Source of the DNA: Saprolegnia diclina VS20
Lineage: Eukaryota
Assembly (NCBI RefSeq): GCF_000281045.1
Contig: NW_008246162.1
Location: forward strand, 42,187 to 100,096
DNA: 57,910 bases
Direction: 5' to 3'
The translations under genes and the position numbers were made by a program. A model generated the notes under the pieces. That model searched no databases and had not been told where the DNA came from. It saw only the letters and a list, made by a program, of their open reading frames with translations. This document shows, piece by piece, positions 1 through 9,878 of the stretch. How positions within the stretch are numbered: the first letter of the stretch is position 1; each line of letters starts with the position of its first letter.

Positions 1-780
1 GACCGTAGTGGGGACACACTGGGCAAAGTACGCGTTCTGGCGCTTGCACGCCCATCCCATCGTTGAGCCGCAGACACTGTCGTCAAGCCAGCCGTCACCA
101 CCACACTGCTCGTAGCCCACCTTGTCAGGGCGGCAAACAGTATCCAAGCAGGTCGCTCCTTGTGTGCAACGCTCACCGTGGTCGCAGTGCGCCCAAAATC
201 CGACGCATGTACCATGGCGGGGCACTTCCTCCGTGTGCGTCGGCTCTGGCGCCGGTGTCTTCTTAGTGCACTTCGGTCGCTTCGTGGATGGGATCGTCGC
301 GTCCGGCGTCGTCGGTTGCGTTGTCTCGGACACCGAAGTCGTCGCTGTGGTCGTTGTTGGGGTCGCGCCTACGTGCGATGGCGGACGTGGCATCTCGGTG
401 CACGGCGTTGGCGTCTTCGTTTTTGTCGAGCAGATCTTTCGCGTTGGCGTCGGCGTCGGCGGCACAGTTGCTGGTGCAGGGGTCTTTGGAGAGCACTTTT
501 TGTGTGTCGACGTATTGGTCGGCACGGGTGTGGGTGTCTTGGGCACACAGCGATGTTTCGGCGGCACGGGTGTCGTTCTGTTCGTGAGCACAGATGGCTT
601 CGGCGAGCATTTCTTTTTGGGGGAAGGACTTGTGCTGTTGACTTGCGCCGTTGGTGGTGGTGTCTGCGGCGGTAAGAGCGAAGGTGCGTAGCTGCCGATG
701 GCAGACGATCCTCCTTTGGAGCTGGCGATTGCCGCCGTTCCACACAAGACAAGGACCTTGATGACCGACAGTAGCAGCAT
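1..780 (-). CDS. Secreted Pro/Thr-rich protein with C-terminal CBM1 (fungal-type cellulose-binding) domain; 3' end runs off the window
   Basis: Hand translation from ATG at 780 (absent from the ORF track because there is no stop in the window). MLLLSVIKVLVLCGTAAIA is signal-like, followed by a P/T/K-rich stalk, then YEQCGGDGWLDDSVCGSTMGWACKRQNAYFAQC, matching the CBM1 pattern QCGG-x-G-W...C...C...N-x-Y-x-x-QC. Confidence 0.85.
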   Translation of the reverse strand, partial: MLLLSVIKVLVLCGTAAIASSKGGSSAIGSYAPSLLPPQTPPPTAQVNSTSPSPKKKCSPKPSVLTNRTTPVPPKHRCVPKTPTPVPTNTSTHKKCSPKTPAPATVPPTPTPTRKICSTKTKTPTPCTEMPRPPSHVGATPTTTTATTSVSETTQPTTPDATIPSTKRPKCTKKTPAPEPTHTEEVPRHGTCVGFWAHCDHGERCTQGATCLDTVCRPDKVGYEQCGGDGWLDDSVCGSTMGWACKRQNAYFAQCVPTTV

Positions 781-1464
781 GGCAATGATCTAAAAGTGGG
801 GTTCACTGCGAATAAATCTGCCTGCAGATCGGGCAAGCTAGCATGGCTTGTATCAATGATGGCGACCCGCTCGACCAACTACATTTAGAACGACTAGCAC
901 TTTGCTTGTGAGCTGCACCATCTTGTGTTACACGAGAATCCCCGGAAACTAGAGCTAATTTGAGTCGCAGCTTTCCAAAATGACGGCTGGCAATGCACTG
1001 GTAGGTCGATGGTTAGATAGCTTGATTGTGATTACCAACGCTAGCAGTGAAGTCAGGAAAAGTTCTCAACGGAGGACCACGAGTTGCAATGTTAGTTAAT
1101 GTTAGTTGCAGACTAACGCTTAATAGGGCGTCAGACAGGAAGCAATCTATCTATCACCAGAGGATACAACACAGCAAACGTCGATTCCCAAACCGCATGA
1201 ACCACGCATGAGATTCATAAATAAAGTATTATTGTCCAGCGACCCGGCAACGTACATCATCCACCGAGTATTTGGCACAATGTTGTGCATGTCGTGGCCT
1301 GTTGCAGAGGTACTCAAGTCGATGCAGACCAAGAAGCTAGCTGGATGTAAGAGACGTCGCCTCTAACACCAATTGCTTCGGTTGATTGCAGTTTCTCCGC
1401 AAATTGGTTACACCGCAGTTCCGCGGTTGCAGGAAAATCGCAAGCGAGATAGATTCAATCGCCG

Positions 1465-2404
1465 ATGCCCAAGTTCCTTTACCACGTCTTCCTCACCCAT
1501 GACTGGGGCACCGACGAGGCTGGTCGTGACAACCACGCTCGCGTGTCCAAAATCAACGATGTTCTCAAAGCCAAGTACAAATCATCTTTGTTGGAACGGA
1601 CATCTTACGCAACGGTGTAGTGGCCTCGTCACGTGGTTCGACGCCGACCGCATGAGTGGTAACATCAAGAAACAAATGGGCCACGGTATTGAAAACTCGG
1701 CGCTCGTCGCCGTCTTCATCACGCAGCGCTACATGGAGAAGGTCAACGGTGCCAACCAGAACGACAATTGCCAGCTCGAGTTCAACATGGCGGGGAACAC
1801 GCAGACGGCAGCGCGCCTCATTCCGATCGTCATGGAGCCTCGCATGAAGGATCAGACCAAGTGGAAATGCGAGTTCAAGCTCACGCTCGGCTCGCTGCTC
1901 TATCTGGACGCAACTTCCGATGCCAACCTTCTGCAGTTCTCCAACGAGCTTTCAACCAAAATCAAGGAAATGCTGGCCAAAACAACGCTCTTTCCAAACC
2001 AAGATGACGTACTGATCGAGGCGACGAAGGCCAGCCCAACGATGGATGTCGTGCATGTCGAACCACCCAACACGACTCCAATCGTCGCCGCTATCCACGC
2101 GACGTTGCCAGTACCACCAAAAAAGGGTCCCAGCGGCGCTAGCGCTGTCGTACCCGTCAACAACACCTACCACTCAACACTAGCCGTGACGCAGCCAGCA
2201 CCGCCAGCTTGGCTGTCGTCAGGTGGCGACCGCCTGCGTCTCATCAAAAAGTCTCTCTTCGGTTTCGGCTGTATATTGCTGGTTCTAGTCGTCATATCGG
2301 CATTGGGCAGCTCGTCATCGTCGTCCTCGACCGACACTACCGAGACGCCGACACCGATCCCAACGCCAACGCCGACACCTACCCAATGGTCTTCCCTGTG
2401 GTAG
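1465..2404 (+). CDS. TIR-domain membrane protein (TIR - linker - TM - short S/T/P stub); intron 1575-1620
   Basis: Spliced product MPKFLYHVFLTHDWGTDEAGRDNH...KANGLVTWFDADRMSGNIKKQMGHGIENSALVAVFITQRYMEKV...DNCQLEF...LIPIVME fits the TIR_2 pattern. A 46-nt GT-AG intron restores the frame. TM segment FGFGCILLVLVVISALG follows RLRLIKK. Confidence 0.85.
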
Positions 2405-2577
2405 TATGTACGCACGTTTAGAACGCAGCCGAGCAATGATGAAATATTTTCGACATCATTCCTTGCTGCCGACCGCATCAAATGCGCTCGTGAAATAGTG
2501 TTGGCCACGCATGGATATCGAAACGCCTTTGCTTCGATGGACGGTTGCCATTCAGTCTGTTGGCATCGACGAGAGAT

Positions 2578-4573
2578 ATGCCCAAGTACCTCTACCACGT
2601 TTTTCTCACACACGACTGGGGCATCGACGAGGCTGGCCGTGACAACCACGAGCGCGTCTCTCGCATCAACAACGTCCTCAAGGCCAAGTACGTATCAAAA
2701 ACAGGAACTTGTACTAGTAACGACCTGCACTAGTGACATCGTCACGTGGTTCGACGCCGACCGCATGCGAGGCAACATCAAAAAGATGATGGCCGACGGC
2801 ATTGACCACTCAGCGCTCGCAGCGGTGTTTATCACGCAGCGCTACATGGAGAAGGTCAATGGTACCAACCAGAACGACAATTGCCAGCTAGAGTTTGGCA
2901 TGGCGGGGAACACGCAAACGGCGGCGCGTATCGTTCCTATCGTCATGGAGACTCGTATGAAGAACTTGGCCAACTGGAAGGGCGAGTTCAAGCTCATGTT
3001 GGGCACCTTACTGTACATGGACGCAACATCCGATACCACCCTCGAGCAGTTTGCGCTCGAGTTGGTCGTCAAGATCAAGGAGATGCTGGCGGACACAAAC
3101 TTGTTTCCCGAACAAGACGACGTCATCATTGATGCAGCCGCGAGCGCAGTACTTGTCCAAAAATCCGCCGAGTCCGAGGCACCGCCACCACTTCGCTCCA
3201 ACGCAGTCGCTCCCATGGATGTGCCGAGGGGCAAAGCCGTCAACCACTGGAAACCGTGGCGTCTTCTTGTCGTTGCTGGTACGGCTGCAATCGCGGTCAT
3301 TGCCGTGGTACTGGTTGTTGTCCTATCGTCCTCGACAACGGCGGACGCCACGAACGAGTCTACGCCGAACGCAACACGGGCGCCGGCAACTGCTTCGCCA
3401 TCACCGAGCGCTAGCACGTCGTCTGTGCCGGTTTGGACGCCAACACCAACGCCTACAACGTGGATGGATTTCAGTCTATCACCGACTCCAATGCCGCCAT
3501 CGATGTCAACCTCATCGCCGACACCAACGACATCCTCGTCATGGACACCGTCGTCAACTTCGCCAATGACAACTCCAACTCCTCTATCAACGACAGCATC
3601 AAGTTACGCATATTTCCCATTTACGCCGTCATCGTCTGTGTCATTCGTGAGAGACAGCGCGTCATACTCGTTGAGCACAGTCTGGAATGCGTCGTCGCTC
3701 AATGGTGACCCGTACCTCCTTGGCATCACGTCGGCAGTGTCGCAGATCATTATGAGCGTCGAAACCGGCCTCCTTTCGTGGGCAACAGGCAATCCGGGCG
3801 CCAACGTATGGCTGACGAGCGGCTCGCCAGGCTACCCTCTCACGCTTGCGGCCGACCGCAACGGAAACATCGTGTACGCAGACCCGTTGACGAGCAAAAT
3901 CACGGCCCGGCAGTCGTACTACATGCCCGTCTCGACATCCAACACGAATCAGTACAAGATAGTTGCCGCTAATTTCTCTGGGCCGCGGGGCGTCGCGTTT
4001 TGTCAATGCACCTCATGCTCTGCTTACGCGACGGCGTTTGTCGCAAACACTCTGGACAACAGCCTTATTCGCATCTCGCTGGGATCGAACGTGGCCTCGG
4101 TGTTGTCGTTCACGGGTACACTCAACCGTCCCACGGCTCTGGCCGTTGATCAACAGTGCGCCTATCTCTACATTGCCGACACGGGCAACCATTGTTTTCG
4201 TCGCGTATCCCTCACTGCGACAGCCCCAGCCATCTTGGAGACGGTTGCCGGCACGTGCGGAACTTCGGGGTATGTCGACGGCGATAGATATGCCAACCTC
4301 TTCAACACGCCTCAAGGTCTGGCAGTCGATGGCAACAACACCGTGTACGTCAGCGACACGGGCAACCACGCAATCCGAAAAATCACGTCTTCGGGGTCCG
4401 CGACGACGGTTGTCGGAGCTGGCGGCGCTTACGGCTTTGCAGACGGTCAAGCAAACTGGGCGTTGGTCAACACACCGTTGGCACTCGCCGCAGTGAATTC
4501 AGATCAGTCATCGGTCCCGTGGGGCATATATATCATCGATTATGCAAATAAGAAACTTCGATTGCTCTCGTGA
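2578..4573 (+). CDS. TIR - TM - Ser/Thr/Pro stalk - NHL-repeat beta-propeller (type II receptor-like protein); intron 2688-2733
   Basis: TIR paralogous to 1465-2404, with the same 46-nt intron at the same codon. TM LLVVAGTAAIAVIAVVLVVVL, then a mucin-like stalk. NHL repeats LNRPTALAVD..LYIADTGNHCFRRV and FNTPQGLAVDGNNTVYVSDTGNHAIRKI. Confidence 0.88.
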
Positions 4574-4868
4574 GCATCATCAAATGCGTTCAAATCGTAG
4601 CACCAGCCGCAGGAGCGTATTGCCGCCACTGTTCTAGCGGAATCCCAGCTCCGATACGTTTCCCGTCGATAGGAATAATTACTTTGGACTCCCAACGACC
4701 GACTTAAATGCCTGGATGCACCGTGCAAGGCAAAACCAGAAATTACTGCGTCAAAGTACGATACCAACCTACTGTTTCAACCGCGCGCTTCGGTTGGGTC
4801 AGCGTTCGAACAATTGCGCCCTTACGCATCGATTCTCACAACGCTTTTTACCTCCTAGCTCTGAGCTG

Positions 4869-5894
4869 ATGGCTTCTCGAAACGCTCTACGATGGCTCAT
4901 GTCAACTATTGTGCTCACCATGGGCGCCCCCCCACAGTTGCTCTTGGATGCCCCGCTTCCAGTATCATCGTCCATGGTGACCGACAGCGGCACATACACC
5001 GTGTCGACGGTCTTTGACGCATCGCCGGTCAACTGGGTTCTCAGTGCTGGTCTTTTGCGCGAGCCGAGCGCCTTTCTTCTTGTTGGCACCGACTTTGGCC
5101 TGTTTGCGGCTAATGGGTCTACAAACATCTCACTTGCTGAAGATGCGGGTCTCGGGCTGCCGTTCGCGCTGGCCGTGGACGTCAATAATACTGTTCTGCT
5201 GGCGGACCCGACGTCGGATCGTGTCGTGTCCCGTCTTAACAGCCTGGCGCCAGTACCCACCACAGACACGAGCGTATACGCAACGCTGCACAACGTAAAC
5301 GTCTCGGGATCACGGGGTGCTGTCGCCTGCCCGTGCGTTGGATGCCCATGTGGCGGCAAGACCTACATTGCGAATACGCTCAACAACAGCATTACAATCC
5401 TCGAGGATGGCGTAGCGTGGTCGCTGGCCTTGGACGGTTCCCTCAAACTGCCGACGGCGCTCGGCATCGATAGCCTCGGATCGACACTTTACATCGCCGA
5501 CACAGGCAACCACTGTATCCGCTCGGTCGCATTGGACAGCACAGCGCTAATCCTGGCCACCGTTGCCGGCACTTGCGACACATGGGGATATATCGACGGC
5601 ACACCATCATCAACGCTCTTCAACTCACCACAAGGCCTGGCGCTTGACGCTGATGATACCATCTACGTGAGCGACACGGGCAACCACGCGCTTCGAAAGA
5701 TCACGTCGAGTCTCGTGACAACTATTATCGGCCAGGGCGGCGTGTACGGATTCCGCGACGGCAGTCAGTATACCGCCAGACTCCACTCGCCAGCGGGGCT
5801 CATAGTCTACGCACCGTTCCCGAATGCCCTCGACATCTTTGTCGTTGACTACAACAACCAGCGCCTGCGCCAAGTGCACCGAGAGCGACAATAG
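4869..5894 (+). CDS. Probably secreted NHL-repeat beta-propeller protein
   Basis: MASRNALRWLMSTIVLTMG is signal-like. NHL repeats LKLPTALGIDSLGSTLYIADTGNHCIR and FNSPQGLALDADDTIYVSDTGNHALRKI. Collinear with the ectodomain of 2578-4573; no TM or stalk. Confidence 0.8.
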   Translation: MASRNALRWLMSTIVLTMGAPPQLLLDAPLPVSSSMVTDSGTYTVSTVFDASPVNWVLSAGLLREPSAFLLVGTDFGLFAANGSTNISLAEDAGLGLPFALAVDVNNTVLLADPTSDRVVSRLNSLAPVPTTDTSVYATLHNVNVSGSRGAVACPCVGCPCGGKTYIANTLNNSITILEDGVAWSLALDGSLKLPTALGIDSLGSTLYIADTGNHCIRSVALDSTALILATVAGTCDTWGYIDGTPSSTLFNSPQGLALDADDTIYVSDTGNHALRKITSSLVTTIIGQGGVYGFRDGSQYTARLHSPAGLIVYAPFPNALDIFVVDYNNQRLRQVHRERQ

Positions 5895-6092
5895 TTCTTC
5901 TTCATCTTTCTTTGATATCAAATCTTCTTCAACACCAGTCTGCACGGAGTTACTTTCGCACGCTGGAAAATCCATTAATACGACGCATCCGAGCATAGGT
6001 TCCCGCCTTTTTCTAAAATAGATGTCACCTGGCGTTGATTGGTCCTATTTCGACTTGTCAATCCTTCGCACCAGAGTCGCTGCCAGTTTTAC

Positions 6093-7367
6093 ATGGCCAG
6101 CTCCCCATCGCTGCCTTGCAGGGAAGAGGACTTGGCGAAGAACGCGTCTTGTGTCTCGATGTCCAATGTACCCGTTGCAACAGAGACGCCGCCAGAGGGG
6201 GGCGATATCCCCGTGCTTGGCGCGGACGAGACGCCGTCCGCCCCCGCTACCGAATGCGAGGAAAAGAAGAAGACGAAGATCCCACCCATCGTGTTCGTAC
6301 CGCTTCTTGGTGCCTTTGTCGTCATCACAGTTGTCCCATCTGTCGTGAGCAATCTCATGAACAAGTCGTCGTCGTCGTCCCCGACACCAGCACCGCCCTC
6401 ACCAACAACAGCGCCAGGCTACGGGGGCAGCGGTACAAAGGGATGGGACTTCACGCCGGCGCCAGCGACCCCAACACCCACCCCGTCTACACCAACGTAC
6501 GCCATCTCGACCGAGTTTGCCAGCCTGTACGCTCAAGCCAACATCACTGGCGTCGCACTCGGCAGCCTTCAGGCATCTCCTTGGGTTGCCCTCAACCAAA
6601 CGACCATCTACTCGTCCCAGAGCTCGCTTCTCGAAAACAGCACGTCGCATTTCAGTGGCGTCACATCGGACGCCAGTGGTAACCTCTACGTGTCCGACTT
6701 GACTCAGCCCCAGATTGTACAGCGCCCTTGGAATGCCACAACTTCAACCACTTATGCCGTCCTGACCAACACGACCAGCGGGCTTTTGCAACCACGTGGC
6801 TTGACCATGTGCGCTGGTGTTCTATTTGCCCTCGACAGCGGCTACATCAAAAGCGTTAACAAGACGACAGTCATGGCCGTTGTCGCGGGACTCTCTACGA
6901 CCGCTACGAATCTCGCCGCTGATAGCACGGGCTCTTATTTATACATTGCCGACACGGGCGCCCACTGCATTCGACGCGTCGCCCTCGCAAACTATGTCCT
7001 CGAGACGTATGCCGGCAGCTGCGGTAATGGAGGCTACGTTGACGGCCCGCGCTTGTCGTCGCGCTGGAACTCGCCAGGCGGTGTCACGGTCGACGTGTAC
7101 GGCCACGTCTACGTCAGCGACACTGGGAACCACGTCGTGCGCAAAGTGGACAGCGTCTCGTCTACCACGTCGACACTCGCAGGGACGCCCGGCGTCTCGG
7201 GCCTTCGCGACTCGAGCGGCACCTTGACGACTAGCTTGCTCAACGCACCGCTCGGCCTCGTCATTAATGGAACGCTTAGCTGGCAAGTGCTCGGCAACAG
7301 CGCCTTCAACTTGTATGTAGCCGATACTGGCAACAACTGCATACGGCGCATCTCAAAGCTCTCGTGA
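6093..7367 (+). CDS. Type II membrane NHL-repeat protein lacking a TIR domain
   Basis: Short acidic N-tail, KKKTK, then TM IVFVPLLGAFVVITVVPSVV and an S/T/P stalk. NHL repeats LYIADTGAHCIRRV, WNSPGGVTVDVYGHVYVSDTGNHVVRKV and LYVADTGNNCIRRI. Confidence 0.82.
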   Translation: MASSPSLPCREEDLAKNASCVSMSNVPVATETPPEGGDIPVLGADETPSAPATECEEKKKTKIPPIVFVPLLGAFVVITVVPSVVSNLMNKSSSSSPTPAPPSPTTAPGYGGSGTKGWDFTPAPATPTPTPSTPTYAISTEFASLYAQANITGVALGSLQASPWVALNQTTIYSSQSSLLENSTSHFSGVTSDASGNLYVSDLTQPQIVQRPWNATTSTTYAVLTNTTSGLLQPRGLTMCAGVLFALDSGYIKSVNKTTVMAVVAGLSTTATNLAADSTGSYLYIADTGAHCIRRVALANYVLETYAGSCGNGGYVDGPRLSSRWNSPGGVTVDVYGHVYVSDTGNHVVRKVDSVSSTTSTLAGTPGVSGLRDSSGTLTTSLLNAPLGLVINGTLSWQVLGNSAFNLYVADTGNNCIRRISKLS

Positions 7368-7675
7368 CTAAACCAAGAAATAAACAACAACCCCTAATGA
7401 CTCTAATCACCTTTGCAGTGTTGATTAGGTGATGCACTGTTAGGGTGTTGGCTGACACTGAATAGCGTCGCGCGGGTCGCTGATTCCACCATTACACCCG
7501 CATTCTTTCCATACAACCAACTCGGTAGAGCCCTCTCGATGCGCTCGAGTATGATTAGCTGGCTCGCCATAGCGAGGCCTGCAGCACGGAGGTTTCGTGT
7601 TCGGGTGGTTGAGTGTATCCGGTGAAACGGGTGCAGTTACCTCGATGGTGCCGAGTGCAAAACAAGGTTTTAGCC

Positions 7676-8579
7676 ATGGACAAGGACGACTACGGTACCG
7701 CATCCATCGCTTCTGCGACGGTGTTGACGCTGTTTCTTCTTCGTAGACAACCAGATGCACACGGTGGCAGACGACGAAGCCGATGAAGATGGCGACATCG
7801 GACGCGATGACGACGTCGGCTCGGACCTCGAGATTGACGACGTCCAAAGGCAAGACAAAGAACTCATTTCAGTGGTCTATTATGGGGCGCCATAGATCCT
7901 TCTCGCCGCTGAATCTGAGCTCATACGACTCGGTTGCGAAGCTGTCACGGGCCGAGTCGGCGGAAATTTTCTCGAAAAAGTTTGCCGAGCGGTCGCAGGT
8001 CAAGAGCTCGATGCTGGAGGAAGAAAAACTTCGGCGCCTTCAAAAGGAGAAGCGGCGACAGGCGAATATCGAAAAGTGGCAGTCCAAGCTCGCAAAGTCG
8101 CCGTTCAAAGTCAACCTCGTCGCGGACAACGAGCGGCTCGATGAGGTGGACGTGAAGTGTCGTCAAGATCTGACGACGGGTAGGAAAACCGCGTGCGCTT
8201 GGCGGAGGAAGCGCGTCGCATTCGCGCGCTTGAGAAGAAGACCAAGCAGGTCAAAAACGACATCATTCTCAAGGTATACCGATGGAGAAGAAGAACGGCA
8301 GCAGATAATGATACGTAGGCGCTGCAAGAGACGTCCGACTTGGACGCCTTGCGACGTGAGAAGCGCGTTATCATGGAGGAGGAGAAGCGCCTGAAGGCGC
8401 TGCTGGACCTTGAAAAGACCAACTCGCACCGGAAGATGGACATGCTTGCGGCCCAGAACGCAGAGAAGAAGCGCAAGCAAGAGAAGATTGAGTTCCGCAT
8501 GAAGCAGCGCAAGGACCAGTTGCAGACGCGCGACGAAGAATACAAGAAACTCCTCAAGGAGAAGCTCGCTCTCGAATAA
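7676..8579 (+). CDS. Coiled-coil protein of unknown function (multi-exon)
   Basis: Introns 7695-7746, 7850-7895 (GC-AG), 8146-8183 and one more join an acidic N-terminus to K/E/R-rich helices (SPFKVNLVADNERLDEENRVR...ALQETSDLDALRREKR). Confidence 0.7.
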
Positions 8580-8599
8580 GGAGACGCATTATACGATAC

Positions 8600-8938
8600 T
8601 TAGTTCATGCCGTCGGGCGTCGACTTGACAATGTACAAGTGGCTTTCGTCAAGAGAAACAGAGTACTCGTAGCTTGGGAAGGCAATCGTGATGCTTTCAA
8701 GCAGCTCGCGCTGGGGGTCCGTAGCCTTCAAGATCGAAAGGTTGCCCACGTCGAGGAGCATGTGGCGCACAGCGTTGCACGCGTCAACCCCTTCGTCGCC
8801 GGCCAAGTCGCCAGCAGCGCTTACGATGCTGCCATCGAGGGTCACGATGGCGACGCCGATCTGGTTGGGCGTCGCCAACAGCGTATCCTATCCGGTGCGT
8901 GAGCGTCTTGTCATCCTCGGCGACGGTCTCTCTACCAT
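8600..8938 (-). CDS. LAMTOR4: Ragulator complex subunit LAMTOR4-like (roadblock fold); intron 8888-8935
   Basis: M|DTLLATPNQIGVAIVTLDGSIVSAAGDL...SITIAFPSYEYSVSLDESHLYIVK parallels the LAMTOR4 pattern IPDQLGYLVL-x-GAVLASSGDL...LSVVF...VFVVK. Confidence 0.72.
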
Positions 8939-9119
8939 GCTCACTGCGCTCATCTTCCTCCGTCAGCTCGAAATTTGCAGCAAATATTTGCCCAGCAATA
9001 ATATATGTTTTGATATACGCACCTGAAACACGAAAAGCACAACATCTTTAGGTGCATATAGCCAAAACTGACACGAGCAATATTTGAATGCAACATCACG
9101 AACGACAAACGTGGGCTAG

Positions 9120-9878
9120 CTAGACATGTGCCACAGAGCAGTCTTCAGCCCCTGCAGCCCTGTCATTTTCCGTGCTAGCGGAAGGCACTGTTAGCTCGCA
9201 ATACGGAGCACTGACCCATTGCGACGATGCTGCTGTCGGTGTTGGAATTTCGGAGACGTGTGTGTTGGCAAGCGAGATCCGAGACATACGCAGCGCGGCG
9301 GATGGTGGCGGCTCAGCCGTTGTCTTGACTTGGACGAAGCCACCGACCAGGGCAATACAAATGCCCAAGAGAAGCTTCAGCAATGGTGTCTCGCTGACGG
9401 TCGGCTGGTCGTCGAGCCACAGCGCCGCAAGTGCTCCGACGACGATGGACGCGCCGAGGCAGCACGTGACGACAATGGTGCGGATGCGCTCCGAGTATGT
9501 GATGCCGACATAGATGTCAACGCCAATGTACATAGCGAAAAACACGTAGGCGACGAAGCGGTTTACGACACACGCCAAGATGCACGTCCCGACTAGAACG
9601 ATCGTGGCCATGTTGAGCACAGCCTTGCCGAGGATGAGAAGGATGCTTGTATGACGTACATCGACATAGCGATGGACCATGGCGAGGCCAAGGACCACAA
9701 AGAGGAGAAGCATCATCGTTGCGATAAAGTCGAGGTTGCCGAATGTCGCGAGCGCGAGGTAGCCGAAGACAAAGACGCCGACAGCCACGATGTGGATCGC
9801 AGCGTAGCCAAGGAAGGCGCAAAGGAGGCCGTACATTACCACGATTGCGTAGAAGACCACATACGACGTTGAAAGCAT
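9120..9878 (-). CDS. Multi-pass membrane protein (possibly TMEM198/DUF4203-like)
   Basis: 252-aa ORF with about 6-7 hydrophobic segments (GLLCAFLGY..., IVVTCCLGASIVVG, LVGGFVQ) and a polar tail. The family call is tentative. Confidence 0.6.
   Translation of the reverse strand: MLSTSYVVFYAIVVMYGLLCAFLGYAAIHIVAVGVFVFGYLALATFGNLDFIATMMLLLFVVLGLAMVHRYVDVRHTSILLILGKAVLNMATIVLVGTCILACVVNRFVAYVFFAMYIGVDIYVGITYSERIRTIVVTCCLGASIVVGALAALWLDDQPTVSETPLLKLLLGICIALVGGFVQVKTTAEPPPSAALRMSRISLANTHVSEIPTPTAASSQWVSAPYCELTVPSASTENDRAAGAEDCSVAHV

Noticed and set aside
1373..2733. ORF-track N-termini of the TIR genes (starts at 1373 and 2498)
   Set aside because: They read the first exon in the wrong frame and run through the intron. 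Starts at 1465 and 2578 give matching paralogous TIR N-termini.
1465..4573. Bacterial anti-phage TIR operon (Thoeris-like) or bacterial contamination
   Set aside because: Both TIR genes need removal of a 46-nt GT-AG intron, and they are contiguous with clearly eukaryotic genes.
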